Shown here: positions 1-9,473 of the stretch, piece by piece
How the letters are laid out: every line of letters starts with the position of its first letter
How positions within the stretch are numbered: the stretch's first letter is position 1
IMG/VR virus record: IMGVR_UViG_3300049489_001336
Coordinates: 125,880-189,879 of that record
Length of the DNA stretch: 64,000 bases
Source: a virus
Reading direction: 5' to 3' (one strand)
The notes under the pieces: model-generated
Databases searched by the model: none
The model's input: only the letters and a program-made list of their open reading frames with translations
What the model was told of the DNA's origin: nothing
Position numbers and translations under genes: made by a program

Positions 1-224
1 CACCCGTATAGAGATTTCTTAGAGTTTGCCAGAACGGAGCATCTACTTGGATAGAATCATCCCAGACCGCCTTGCCTTTATTAAGCGAAAAACGCAAGGC
101 GTGCAGGACAGGATGCAGTCCTTGTGTATTATTTACAAAATTTATATGCTTGGTGGATGTGAAAGGCTGTCCACTAAACTCAAGGCAACTCAAGAGGCAA
201 CGCCCGTAGAGTTTGTGAGCGACT

Positions 225-683
225 TTACGAGGGACGTACACAGTACACTACTCCGTCTTTATTGAGTCGCACTAGACACTGGGATTTGTGCTTTGTATTG
301 TCAAACAATCGGTCCCAGTAGGAGGCTACCTTATCATGCACCGGAAATGCGTCGTTGAAATCGCAGTAGTAATACTTACGAAGGCGTTGATTGTCTTTGT
401 TTATATACGTGACCTCGTACAACACCAAATTATGCGCAAACAACCACATGCTAACATTCTTGGCGCTAATGCCTGTACTATTCACAAATAGGTGCTGATA
501 AAACAGACCCATATCAAACGTATTAGTCCTTATTTTAAATTCTCTATGATTAACCGAAATACGCTTGTAATTAGTAGCGATGCCCTTAGCAAGGCATGCG
601 GCTTCGGATAACCACTTAAAGTCCATGGCGCATTCAAGGCGCTTGCCTTCGATGAGTTCCCCTACTTCGTTAGGGACGTACAC
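225..683 (-). CDS. hypothetical protein (tandem small-ORF array)
   Basis: 152 aa ORF overlapping its neighbour; C-terminal ..VYCVRP end like the adjacent ORF. Confidence 0.7.
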   Translation of the reverse strand: MYVPNEVGELIEGKRLECAMDFKWLSEAACLAKGIATNYKRISVNHREFKIRTNTFDMGLFYQHLFVNSTGISAKNVSMWLFAHNLVLYEVTYINKDNQRLRKYYYCDFNDAFPVHDKVASYWDRLFDNTKHKSQCLVRLNKDGVVYCVRPS

Positions 684-1167
684 AGGTTAATTCTCCTGTT
701 TGAGGGTCGTGTTTTAAGTAAATGCCTGAATGCTCCAAAGAACTTATTTTACCCAAAAACTGATGATTCGTGAAATTGGTTTCATCAAATATTGTTTGGT
801 AGAAATGATGAATAAGAGGGTGTTCATGCTCCACGTGCAGAACCGAGGTGTAAATTGTAATGATTGTTTTGAAATTACAAAATAGAAAAGTCATTAAATC
901 GGCATGATCTCGTTTAAAGAATATACGTATATGCTCTGCTATATTATCTATTAGGACACAGTGGCGGTCATTAGGGATGACACCCCTTACTTTTGTATAA
1001 TCAGATTTGCGTAATAAAGACTCAACGCTTTTACCTTCAACAAAGCCTGATTGTAAAAACGCCCTAGTCAAACTCCGATTGACTTCAGGACCTGTCATCA
1101 TAGCTATACGCTTTACCTTTAGCCCCGGTATTATATGAGCGACTTCAATGGGGATTAACAGAGACAA
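670..1167 (-). CDS. hypothetical protein (tandem small-ORF array)
   Basis: 165 aa, short overlaps on both sides, ends ELTCVRP. Confidence 0.7.
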   Translation of the reverse strand: MSLLIPIEVAHIIPGLKVKRIAMMTGPEVNRSLTRAFLQSGFVEGKSVESLLRKSDYTKVRGVIPNDRHCVLIDNIAEHIRIFFKRDHADLMTFLFCNFKTIITIYTSVLHVEHEHPLIHHFYQTIFDETNFTNHQFLGKISSLEHSGIYLKHDPQTGELTCVRP

Positions 1168-1664
1168 ATGACACCTTCTTCATCCAGTTTAATACGAACT
1201 AATCCTGCTCGCGGTCTGTCACTACACGCGGATCCGTGGTTAATGCCTAGTCTCGGATTAGTAAGATAAAATGTTTTTGTGACCCATCCACTTTCTTGAA
1301 GAGGTCTGTAGTGATAAATAGACACAATACGGGTAGACTTTAATACCCACAATGTGACATTTACAATCGCTTTATTATTGGAAATGTTTATAACACTCGC
1401 CCAAAAGTCCTGGCTGTGTTCGTACGCTTGTGAACGGTCCGATAACCTTGGTCTGGTAAGGCCCTTACGTACAGACCGAACCCTGTAAGGAAAAGAACTT
1501 CGAATGATAAAGTCATCGGGACAAGGGTCCAGGTCTTTTAGTAGCTCTGGTTTAACCATTTCTATGCAGCAAATGATCGTGTCACCGCTAATCTTTTTTG
1601 CGAGGAATCTAGGAATCCACATCGAACTTAGCCATTTCAAATTTAATACTTTCCTGAAAAACAC
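1155..1664 (-). CDS. hypothetical protein (tandem small-ORF array)
   Basis: 169 aa; start uncertain; ends GVICLC. Confidence 0.65.
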   Translation of the reverse strand: MFFRKVLNLKWLSSMWIPRFLAKKISGDTIICCIEMVKPELLKDLDPCPDDFIIRSSFPYRVRSVRKGLTRPRLSDRSQAYEHSQDFWASVINISNNKAIVNVTLWVLKSTRIVSIYHYRPLQESGWVTKTFYLTNPRLGINHGSACSDRPRAGLVRIKLDEEGVICLC

Positions 1665-2088
1665 TAGCTTTAACTATTCGTATATGTAACGTATCTGTAA
1701 GAAAACCTACGTGAGAAAGAAGCATCCACCCTGAATAATCATCAAAAATGTAACAAGCCATGTGAACTAGTCCTAATTCACTACGCCGTATATCGATGTA
1801 ATTAATCCAATCGTCGAGCAATCGATGTATAAGCACCCTAGCTACACCCTTTTGTATTCTAATGGCACCTTTGTTAGAGATCCGCGTGACATAGGCATAT
1901 TCAAGCCACTCGTTACACGTAATCGAATGCGGGTTTTTGAGGTTGAGCGGGTATCTAGTAAGATTGACCCAGCTAGTCGGGCTACTCAGCTCTAACTGAT
2001 ATTTTAAACTTTTACCCCTTGTTTCCTTTTTTATTTTCGTTAGTGCTTTGCTGTAAAGACGAGGAGCAACCTTGATATACGTTGTCAT
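1609..2088 (-). CDS. hypothetical protein, distant paralog of the 2085 and 2488 ORFs
   Basis: 159 aa; IFDDYSGWMLL matches VYSDFTGWVLF / VYRDYTGWVLF. Confidence 0.7.
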   Translation of the reverse strand: MTTYIKVAPRLYSKALTKIKKETRGKSLKYQLELSSPTSWVNLTRYPLNLKNPHSITCNEWLEYAYVTRISNKGAIRIQKGVARVLIHRLLDDWINYIDIRRSELGLVHMACYIFDDYSGWMLLSHVGFLTDTLHIRIVKASVFQESIKFEMAKFDVDS

Positions 2089-2510
2089 ACGTGCTCACAC
2101 AAAATCACTGAAGCGTCAGCTCGACATTCAATGCTGTAGTACTCTAACGCCCCGTCATGTCTATAAAACAAAACCCAACCCGTAAAATCAGAGTACACAA
2201 AAACCGACGCTGTATCGAAAGGTACAACACTATTACGCGTGCGTATTCTTATTTTAGCGATTAATGCTCGCTCGTTACGTATACTATTCGAATACGCAGA
2301 CGCCAGACATCGGCCTCTAGGAAAAGAAATATTACGTTGATCTAATGTTAAAGCAGGATACCCTGGCGAAAGACTCTCAGGTTTAAATACGTTTCCTGTT
2401 AGCCTGTAGTACGGATAGACTTTGCTAGGTAACACGAAGTGATAGAGTAATTCCTCTTTTCTTCGTTGATACTCTTCGCGTAATTGTTTAAAAAGGTAGT
2501 CTTTGGTCAT
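2085..2510 (-). CDS. hypothetical protein, paralog of 2488-2928
   Basis: shares EEYQRRKEELLYxFVLP and DxTGWVLF with next ORF. Confidence 0.85.
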   Translation of the reverse strand: MTKDYLFKQLREEYQRRKEELLYHFVLPSKVYPYYRLTGNVFKPESLSPGYPALTLDQRNISFPRGRCLASAYSNSIRNERALIAKIRIRTRNSVVPFDTASVFVYSDFTGWVLFYRHDGALEYYSIECRADASVILCEHV

Positions 2511-2928
2511 GATACGCGACTAAGCACAGGCTACTCGAATGCCACTCAAAGGCGTAGTAAGCAGTATCGCCTTGGTTAAGGCTAAACAAAACCCAACCGG
2601 TATAGTCACGGTAAACATAAACGTTAACACACAGAATGTCTGTAGGGGTATTCCGGATTTTTTCGCGTACTCGCGCTAAGAGTACATGGTCATTTTGTAC
2701 CGGGTCTAGCGATACACGGTTACCGTATCTAGACTTTGGAAAAGATAAACTTCTTTTTTCAAGAGTATTTAATGGGTATTTGTGTGAGAGGCACGGTACG
2801 TCATCGTACGCGTTGTTTACTCCACCGTATATAAAATACCTAGGCGGCAAAACGAAGTAATAAAGCAGTTCCTCCTTTCTACGTTGATACTCTTCTTTAA
2901 TCTGTTTACGTAGTAGCGACTCGTCCAT
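2488..2928 (-). CDS. hypothetical protein, paralog of 2085-2510
   Basis: shares EEYQRRKEELLYxFVLP and DxTGWVLF. Confidence 0.85.
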   Translation of the reverse strand: MDESLLRKQIKEEYQRRKEELLYYFVLPPRYFIYGGVNNAYDDVPCLSHKYPLNTLEKRSLSFPKSRYGNRVSLDPVQNDHVLLARVREKIRNTPTDILCVNVYVYRDYTGWVLFSLNQGDTAYYAFEWHSSSLCLVAYHDQRLPF

Positions 2929-3247
2929 ACTGTCTCTTTAGCTTTTTTACGCTTTCATGCCGATGCCGCAGTGTGTATCTATTATCGCGTACTACGCGGT
3001 GTACGCTGATATTAAACACGTCATTATACGTGTAGTGAATAACGACGTAGCCCTCTAAAGTATCCGTCAAATACATTGACACATGCTTTAGGCCAATACC
3101 ATTCCCTCTATAATTATCGTAGATATTGTACGTCGTGTGAAAGAACTTATCGAAGAGATCATCGCCGCCTTGCCTTTTAAAGCGAACACAACGCATCGCT
3201 GAAGGGTGCCGAGGTATCCGTTTGTAATAAGACAGCACTCGATACAT
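2906..3247 (-). CDS. hypothetical protein
   Basis: 113 aa, overlaps next gene; KHVSMYL resembles KNVSMWL of the 225 ORF. Confidence 0.65.
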   Translation of the reverse strand: MYRVLSYYKRIPRHPSAMRCVRFKRQGGDDLFDKFFHTTYNIYDNYRGNGIGLKHVSMYLTDTLEGYVVIHYTYNDVFNISVHRVVRDNRYTLRHRHESVKKLKRQYGRVATT

Positions 3248-3387
3248 TGGGTAGTTCGTACCAAGACTCGCTAGGTCTTTGGTAATACAACGCCCTGTAA
3301 ACCATTTAGCGCGGCACAGGATGCTAAAAGCTTCTGGATCGAGTTCGATGACGCGTACGTAGATAAGAAATCCAAGAAGGCTTGGGA

Positions 3388-3936
3388 TTATTCATGTGTT
3401 TCTATATGTAAAGGAAACTTATAAAAGCACTCAATGTCCGTATCAGAACCTCGTCGAGTGCTCCAACAAGCCGCGTATGTAGTCGCCATACGCGTATTGT
3501 CGAAGTAAGTGACATCGGTGTAGATGGCTTCTATGACTGCGAAGCTGCCTGAACTGCCTCCTTCAAAGACGTGCACGCGGCAGTAATCAAAGTTATCGCT
3601 ACGTGCTGCGTGAAGGATGCGATCAACCTCACGCATTAAAATGTTGTTGTGCGCAGCCGCAAGACGCCTAACCCTACCCTTGAGAACGTTATAAATATCT
3701 ACGTCGGCTAGTTCAGGAATTACAGTACGAGCTAGCGTCAGATTGCGAACAGGCTTTTCTCCTTTTCTGTAATTTTTGTATTCAATAAAGGTGAGATCCG
3801 CGTCGGCAATGCTATTCGCAGCCCACGCATCCTTATAAAGATGAATGCTGCTCGTGATATAGTTTTCAATCGTAAACAAGCGCTTCTTGATTTTTAGTAA
3901 TGCGCGTAAGGGACTGTTATTGTCATAGCGTATCAT
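3388..3936 (-). CDS. hypothetical protein
   Basis: 182 aa ORF, 4-nt overlap with upstream gene. Confidence 0.7.
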   Translation of the reverse strand: MIRYDNNSPLRALLKIKKRLFTIENYITSSIHLYKDAWAANSIADADLTFIEYKNYRKGEKPVRNLTLARTVIPELADVDIYNVLKGRVRRLAAAHNNILMREVDRILHAARSDNFDYCRVHVFEGGSSGSFAVIEAIYTDVTYFDNTRMATTYAACWSTRRGSDTDIECFYKFPLHIETHE

Positions 3937-4436
3937 GCTGAAAACCGCTCGTCGTATTTAGTAATCCATTCTTGATCTAGGCTTAGTTGAACGTCTTCTC
4001 TAATTTCTTCGCCTCTCACGGGCCAATAAATAGTACGGGCCACGTACCTGTAATAGCAGGTAGACCCATCATCTTGTTTAAAGATATACACAGTACTGTG
4101 TAAAACAGTAGGCTTACCTCTGTTAATCTTATTTAAGATGGCTCGGTCCGCGTTCTTATATAGATGCGTGGATGAATAATCACGCCGTATGCTGCTAACC
4201 ACTGCTTGGCGGGCGCGATTAATACCTTGCTCATGAAATCGTACTTTCTTGCCGGCACCGCGGTAATACGATATCGTGATTTTATCACTGTGTGTATGGG
4301 GTGTAACACAGATACGCCCTGCTAAATGGGTCACTGGCGATAGCCAACCGTACACATCTTCAATACACGCTACGTACTTGTATCCATTGAACTCTAATGT
4401 ATCACGTAATTGTCGTATTAACGTAATAGGGTTCAT
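3933..4436 (-). CDS. hypothetical protein
   Basis: ORF track starts at 4538; internal Met at 4436 reduces overlap with the upstream gene. Confidence 0.6.
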   Translation of the reverse strand: MNPITLIRQLRDTLEFNGYKYVACIEDVYGWLSPVTHLAGRICVTPHTHSDKITISYYRGAGKKVRFHEQGINRARQAVVSSIRRDYSSTHLYKNADRAILNKINRGKPTVLHSTVYIFKQDDGSTCYYRYVARTIYWPVRGEEIREDVQLSLDQEWITKYDERFSA

Positions 4437-4923
4437 TGTAAAGGCAATCCCAGGTGTCTCTTTCTCCGTATTGAACCGTTTCAGCCAAGTATAGAGGTAC
4501 TTCATTGACGATATCGACGTAAAGAGCGTAAACCACATACTTTAAATAGTTGTTGGGTGTTCCGTATAAGTACAACGTACTGTATTGAACACGATTAAGA
4601 CGTATCCAAAGACGTTCTAATAGGAGCATATCAACGTAAGACTGTGCGAAAATTTTCTTTAGGTAACCAGTACCCGTCGCGTACAAGAGATACCGTTTGC
4701 GTCCACTGTATAATCCCCATTGGCTGTATTTATCCAACCGATACATCGACAGGAAAATGTCCTCATCATAACACGCTGCGGTACCGCTGTAGTCGCCTTT
4801 GTAGTGCGTATTAGGGGTCATCCAGGCTTGAGGCTGTTCAATACACGCGACTAAATTTGTTCGATTACCTGTTAGTTGTTTATGTTGTTCTTTTATTACT
4901 TGTAGGGCTTGCGGACTTGGCAT
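4402..4923 (-). CDS. hypothetical protein
   Basis: 173 aa Tyr-rich ORF in the tandem array. Confidence 0.65.
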   Translation of the reverse strand: MPSPQALQVIKEQHKQLTGNRTNLVACIEQPQAWMTPNTHYKGDYSGTAACYDEDIFLSMYRLDKYSQWGLYSGRKRYLLYATGTGYLKKIFAQSYVDMLLLERLWIRLNRVQYSTLYLYGTPNNYLKYVVYALYVDIVNEVPLYLAETVQYGERDTWDCLYNEPYYVNTTIT

Positions 4924-5450
4924 AATACAACGGTCTTATGCAGCTTTTCAGAGACGGCCAGCCAGTCGTAACGCGCCGAGTTGATGTGGAACAAATACAC
5001 GTAGATTTGTTTTTTACTTTTACTTTCGATGTAACGGTAAACAAATAAACGCCCGTATTCTGTGTGTAGGTCTACATGCCCTTCTACGAGGGCGTGTTCA
5101 CGGGACACTTTATTCAACGAATTAAAGTACGAAACAAACGGCATAAAGTACGAAGATTCCCGCATTCTATTTAATGCTTGAATCCTGTAAGCATAAGGAT
5201 GGTCTCTATTCTTTAATAACAAAGACACACGCTTTGATCGGTACCCGTTGCAGTCGGCTGTAAACGTAATGGACCACTTTCTCATTTTAAATCTAGTACC
5301 TGCACCATAGCTAAGCGCACTAAACGTCGAAATATCTTCGTAAATGCCAACGCGCTCGCCTCCATGCCTTAGGATGTAATCGTGACAATGCTTTAATGCC
5401 GCAAGGCACGACATTCTTTCTATGGTTTGGCTAGGTTTAAGTAAAGGCAT
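4896..5450 (-). CDS. hypothetical protein
   Basis: 184 aa ORF in the tandem array. Confidence 0.65.
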   Translation of the reverse strand: MPLLKPSQTIERMSCLAALKHCHDYILRHGGERVGIYEDISTFSALSYGAGTRFKMRKWSITFTADCNGYRSKRVSLLLKNRDHPYAYRIQALNRMRESSYFMPFVSYFNSLNKVSREHALVEGHVDLHTEYGRLFVYRYIESKSKKQIYVYLFHINSARYDWLAVSEKLHKTVVLCQVRKPYK

Positions 5451-5955
5451 TTAACGTAATGATGGTTTGGCGCTGTATTAGTGCGTACCTATTTTGGTTA
5501 GGTACAGGTTCAGGGTACCACGTGAGCTTATGCGCACTGTCATACCCTAATTCTCGTACAAGCACACCGCCTTGTTTTGTGTCTTCAGTAAGATATACAA
5601 AACTAGTCATGTATTTACTGGTTGGAAAAGGAATGCTCCAAAGGGCTTGTTGTACTCTTGAAAAAGCCACGGTGTGCTTATTAAGTATAATAGGTTTTTT
5701 CTGATGGCTAATTACTTTGTCAGCCGCATGCATGGCTGTATTGAGCACAGTTTCACCTAGTATATGGTCACTCCTATTTTCTACGACCGCCACAAGGCGT
5801 AGTCCCAGACTGCACAGCTCTGTATGCGCTCGTTTAGTGGCGCTATACAGGCGTCGCAATTTACACGATACTTTAGGTATTCGTACGTAGTCATCCCTCA
5901 TCAATTGAATAAACAGAGGGTTCAAAGCCAAGTCGAGTATAGATGCGTTGTCCAT
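5437..5955 (-). CDS. hypothetical protein
   Basis: 172 aa ORF in the tandem array. Confidence 0.65.
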   Translation of the reverse strand: MDNASILDLALNPLFIQLMRDDYVRIPKVSCKLRRLYSATKRAHTELCSLGLRLVAVVENRSDHILGETVLNTAMHAADKVISHQKKPIILNKHTVAFSRVQQALWSIPFPTSKYMTSFVYLTEDTKQGGVLVRELGYDSAHKLTWYPEPVPNQNRYALIQRQTIITLNAFT

Positions 5956-6419
5956 ATGTGGTTGTCGTTGGAGGTTAACACGTCCCAGGCAGGTATTGGG
6001 TTTGAGTAAGCGCCGCGTCTTTGTATGAAACCGTAGAGCAGAGACGCCTTTGCCGTAGTTTCTGTGTGGTAATAACTTAGGTACTCACCGCGTAATACAT
6101 CTCCGATGTTATGCATACTCACAACGGTGTTCTTCGTGTACATGCCGTAGCCTACGTAGCTCTTTTTACTAGTTGAAGGATAAACACTCATCCGGTTAAT
6201 GGGGTAAGGCGTTTTAGCGTGTACACTGTACAGAGGGTGATTGTTGTAGGGGTAAACCAAAGCCCAATACTCGTTGATATCTGTAATGTGAGTTGTTACT
6301 TTAAACCCTTGGCTCAAGCATGTCTTATGCAGTTCTTTAGCTTTAGCAAAACACCGAAAATAAGACTTATTACAATAGACATGGTTGGCGAAGCTCATTT
6401 TAGGGAAAGCTCTTCCCAC
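5922..6419 (-). CDS. hypothetical protein
   Basis: 165 aa ORF in the tandem array. Confidence 0.65.
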   Translation of the reverse strand: MGRAFPKMSFANHVYCNKSYFRCFAKAKELHKTCLSQGFKVTTHITDINEYWALVYPYNNHPLYSVHAKTPYPINRMSVYPSTSKKSYVGYGMYTKNTVVSMHNIGDVLRGEYLSYYHTETTAKASLLYGFIQRRGAYSNPIPAWDVLTSNDNHIWTTHLYSTWL

Positions 6420-6910
6420 TGCTGGTACCTGTTTAAAAAGTGCACTCTGTTAAAATGCCTCGTGTCTTTACCAATAGGTTCCCACTGAGTCGTCTGGGTC
6501 ATAAAGTAGTGTTGATTAAATTGATAAAAAGTCATATAGAGTGAACGGTCATGTCTAATACATGGGTGAACATTAAGTATTTGAAATAGACGAGAATCCT
6601 CTTCACCCACAGCACTCGCGGTTTTATGCAGATACTCCTGTGTGTAACACTTAAAAATAAAAGATGGCGAGTGGAGGCTCTTCACAGATAACCCCTCGCC
6701 ATCTACGTACGCGCGTGGAACACTATGTTCCAGTTCGTTCTTGTACGCAGCGTCTAGCGTATGGGACACGCCCATCCTGGCGTGGTTAATAAACCACCAC
6801 CAGTGAAACGCGTCCTCAATAACGCGTAACTTTTTATATTTTTCGTAGTGTTCCCGTTCATACCGGGGAAGAAACTGAAAATAATAGGTCAGAGGTCGAG
6901 CGGCTTCCAT
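6395..6910 (-). CDS. hypothetical protein
   Basis: 171 aa ORF in the tandem array. Confidence 0.65.
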   Translation of the reverse strand: MEAARPLTYYFQFLPRYEREHYEKYKKLRVIEDAFHWWWFINHARMGVSHTLDAAYKNELEHSVPRAYVDGEGLSVKSLHSPSFIFKCYTQEYLHKTASAVGEEDSRLFQILNVHPCIRHDRSLYMTFYQFNQHYFMTQTTQWEPIGKDTRHFNRVHFLNRYQQWEELSLK

Positions 6911-7419
6911 CCTTCCTCCGGAGTATCTTCATTGTACTCCCATTGATCAAATACGCGCGTGTACACGTAGTAGTAATTGCCTGACGACTGCTTAAAGACT
7001 TGTAGATTCGACGAATCCGCAATCAGCGGTTCGTTGTACTGAACCGCGTATTTGCGAAATAGACTTACAAGTCTTTGTTCATAGTCATTGATTGGTTTTT
7101 GTTCCTGAACCAAGTCAATCAACGAATGTTTTCGCAGAATAACCTTGATCACTTTTTCAGGAATCAACATGTGTACGCTGTGAATGCGCCAGTGTAGCCC
7201 CTCTTCTTCAAGGTGGTGATCTACAATGTCCGCAAACCGTTGACTCGGACCTACGTACGTGAGGTCGTATTGCGTCTTGACGATTTGGTGCGACTCCACC
7301 GAAGGGTCTTGGAGCTTCTTTTTGACAATCTCATAGAGGTTGTACACCGCATGGGCATTCGCAAGCGTAGTTTCGTACTGCTTCTCAGTAGATGACACAG
7401 GACTCTCCTCGTACGGCAA
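6889..7419 (-). CDS. hypothetical protein
   Basis: 176 aa ORF; start uncertain. Confidence 0.65.
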   Translation of the reverse strand: MPYEESPVSSTEKQYETTLANAHAVYNLYEIVKKKLQDPSVESHQIVKTQYDLTYVGPSQRFADIVDHHLEEEGLHWRIHSVHMLIPEKVIKVILRKHSLIDLVQEQKPINDYEQRLVSLFRKYAVQYNEPLIADSSNLQVFKQSSGNYYYVYTRVFDQWEYNEDTPEEGWKPLDL

Positions 7420-7612
7420 ACTCAGCCATCGTTTTTATGAGGTCAAATAGATTAGGCTGATATTCAGGCCCTTCAAATTCAATTACTTGAGACACATCCG
7501 AACCAATGTAAATAGCCCGTGCTTCTTCCGACATAAGGTCTAGGTTCTGTTTGGTAGTGAAACCCAAACATCTTCCGTCATGTCCTTTGAGGGCTACGTA
7601 AAGCATACGCAC
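7385..7612 (-). CDS. hypothetical protein
   Basis: 75 aa, first gene downstream of the 7620-7653 terminator. Confidence 0.6.
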   Translation of the reverse strand: MRMLYVALKGHDGRCLGFTTKQNLDLMSEEARAIYIGSDVSQVIEFEGPEYQPNLFDLIKTMAEFAVRGESCVIY

Positions 7613-7619
7613 CTTTAAT

Positions 7620-7653
7620 TAAAAAGCCTCGCTTGGTTTTACCCAAACGAGGC
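7620..7653 (-). terminator. Rho-independent terminator
   Basis: minus strand GCCTCGTTTGG...CCAAGCGAGGC stem (one G-U) followed by TTTTT. Confidence 0.75.
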
Positions 7654-7736
7654 GACCGAGCTGCGACACCTGTAACATGAAGGGGGGGCGAACAGGCGAC
7701 TGGAATGAAGGGGGTGGGGCGTATTCCGTTGCAGCG

Positions 7737-8243
7737 TCAGGTCGTCAGCGAGTCTTCCACAAATGCCGGGGCACTTGCAACATATTCTTCTACCACAGGC
7801 GGGGTATCCGTAGAGTAAGTAATAAAATTGCGGGCTTCTTCAGGCACAAATGCCTGCTCTTCAGCCTCTTCAACAGCTACTGCTGCAGCCGTTTCAGGTT
7901 CTGCAAGGGCACTTGCTGGTTCTTCTGCAAACACAGGTTCACTCTCTGTAGCTTCAACGCCTTCGGGTGCTGCCGCTGCTGCTTTAACCTTGGGCTTGTT
8001 CTTTGAACCCTGAGGACGGCCCCTGGGTTTACCGCTCAGTTCACAGAGGTAAAGCTTGTCTTTACGCTCACGGACCTGGAAAAACTGCCCGTCTACGTTC
8101 ACCGTGGCGCCGTTTGCACAAGTCTTGATGGCCTTGAGGGCGTCTTGGACGCGGCGCTCAGCGACATCGAGGTGCTCCATGGCAGCATTGTACTCAACCA
8201 GAGCTTGGCGAACGTCGGGACTTTGGGTATTGGAATCGCTCAT
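7737..8243 (-). CDS. AT-hook protein with acidic Ala/Glu-rich tail (HMGA-like organisation)
   Basis: KPRGRPQGSKNKPK motif; acidic low-complexity C-terminus; GGAG SD before ATG 8243. Confidence 0.7.
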   Translation of the reverse strand: MSDSNTQSPDVRQALVEYNAAMEHLDVAERRVQDALKAIKTCANGATVNVDGQFFQVRERKDKLYLCELSGKPRGRPQGSKNKPKVKAAAAAPEGVEATESEPVFAEEPASALAEPETAAAVAVEEAEEQAFVPEEARNFITYSTDTPPVVEEYVASAPAFVEDSLTT

Positions 8244-8297
8244 CGTAAAACTCCCCATAGCACGAATGCTAGTGGAGAGTTATTATCACGCCGGTTT

Positions 8298-8915
8298 TCA
8301 AAAACCAAGTTGTTTATGGTCTTTGAGCTCGTACTTACTTGAAGTTAAATCGAGCTGGATGAAGAGACTTCCTCCTTCGTGTTCTTCGAACCCTGTGGGG
8401 ATCGAGAAGATAGATGTGTCGTCGGGACCATTGGCTTTGAGCGTGGTCCAAGCGGCGACCATGGCTTTGGTAGGGACGACCCAGCCAATGGGGCCATCGA
8501 AGCAGGTGAATAGGTAATAGTTAGGGGCGTTGTCACGCAAGAAGTTGCGCACCCCGAAAACGCAGCAGGATGCCGTGGTGGGCTCGTTGGCGTAGCGCCA
8601 ATTCACGTACACGTTTTTGCTGCTGCGTCGCAACATCAAATACTGTGTGGCTTTGCAGTCGTGCACCACAATGCGGATCCCCAAAGGGTCCATGAGATAT
8701 TTCACTGCACCCAGGCCCAAGCGATGGGACAAACCCCATTCAACACGCTTACGGCCGAGCAGTGCGGGTTCTTTGAACACGGCATCGAATAGCCCGCCAT
8801 CGTAGTACCCATCAACAACTACGATGCCCTTTGCACTCAACATCTTTTTCACGTCAGTGGCAGACTTCTTCAGCTCTGTCGCCAGCGCATCCACGCGGCG
8901 TAGACGGATTGTCAT
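8298..8915 (-). CDS. hypothetical protein, possible N-terminal HTH-like DNA-binding segment
   Basis: 205 aa; RVDALATELKKSATDVKKML resembles IF2-N type helices (weak). Confidence 0.6.
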   Translation of the reverse strand: MTIRLRRVDALATELKKSATDVKKMLSAKGIVVVDGYYDGGLFDAVFKEPALLGRKRVEWGLSHRLGLGAVKYLMDPLGIRIVVHDCKATQYLMLRRSSKNVYVNWRYANEPTTASCCVFGVRNFLRDNAPNYYLFTCFDGPIGWVVPTKAMVAAWTTLKANGPDDTSIFSIPTGFEEHEGGSLFIQLDLTSSKYELKDHKQLGF

Positions 8916-8935
8916 TGTTAAGCCCCTTCAGGTCG

Positions 8936-9301
8936 TCATACCGAACCTTCAATCATCTCTCGAATGTCACACAGGCGTATTCCAATCAGGAGTTCGCCTG
9001 CCCCTACATCCGAGGGCGTTCGGTACCACCAGTCAATGGTGTAGTGCAAATCAAAATCACGTATGGTTTTATCTACTAAACGGTAGATAGCGGATGTTAC
9101 AATACGGGCCATGTGCCGTGTGAAATACTGATTAAAGCCAATGATTAATTCATAGGGTACATCCACGTGCTCATTGGCTTCTGCGTAGGTGAATAACACT
9201 GATACAACGTCGTCAGGATGTGTTGTACATAGAATAAACGTCGCAGGACGTGTTGCGTGTTTAGAGACTTCACGTTTTTTCATAACTAAAAAAACGGACA
9301 T
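8936..9301 (-). CDS. hypothetical protein
   Basis: ORF-track TTG start at 9361 falls inside ncRNA unit A1; ATG at 9301 has AAGG upstream (alternative ATG at 9283). Confidence 0.5.
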   Translation of the reverse strand: MSVFLVMKKREVSKHATRPATFILCTTHPDDVVSVLFTYAEANEHVDVPYELIIGFNQYFTRHMARIVTSAIYRLVDKTIRDFDLHYTIDWWYRTPSDVGAGELLIGIRLCDIREMIEGSV

Positions 9302-9463
9302 GTATAGCCTTTGATAATGTACTAAGAATCGACGAAGCAGCGTAAATTTGAGCTTTGTCAAATTTGCGCTGATGAGTCGAGTTCTTTGTAAATTTTTGAA
9401 GAGCTCTTACTGAAGACAACGCAAGCGGAGCGCCTGCAACTACAGTGGTGCGCTATACATGTC
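9297..9463 (-). ncRNA. retron msr/msd-like unit A1
   Basis: 12-bp perfect IR GACATGTATAGC(9297-9308)/GCTATACATGTC(9452-9463); plus-strand CT after left arm, GC before right arm; conserved hairpin GCAAGCG-GAG-CGCCTGC 9421-9437. Confidence 0.75.
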
Positions 9464-9473
9464 GAAACTATTT

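Noticed and set aside
7682-7719. G-tracts (G7, G5, G4) as a G-quadruplex
   Set aside because: It needs a 21-nt loop and splitting of one tract; single occurrence with no supporting context.
8936-9361. ORF-track TTG start at 9361
   Set aside because: The extension overlaps unit A1 and lacks an SD; internal ATGs fit better.
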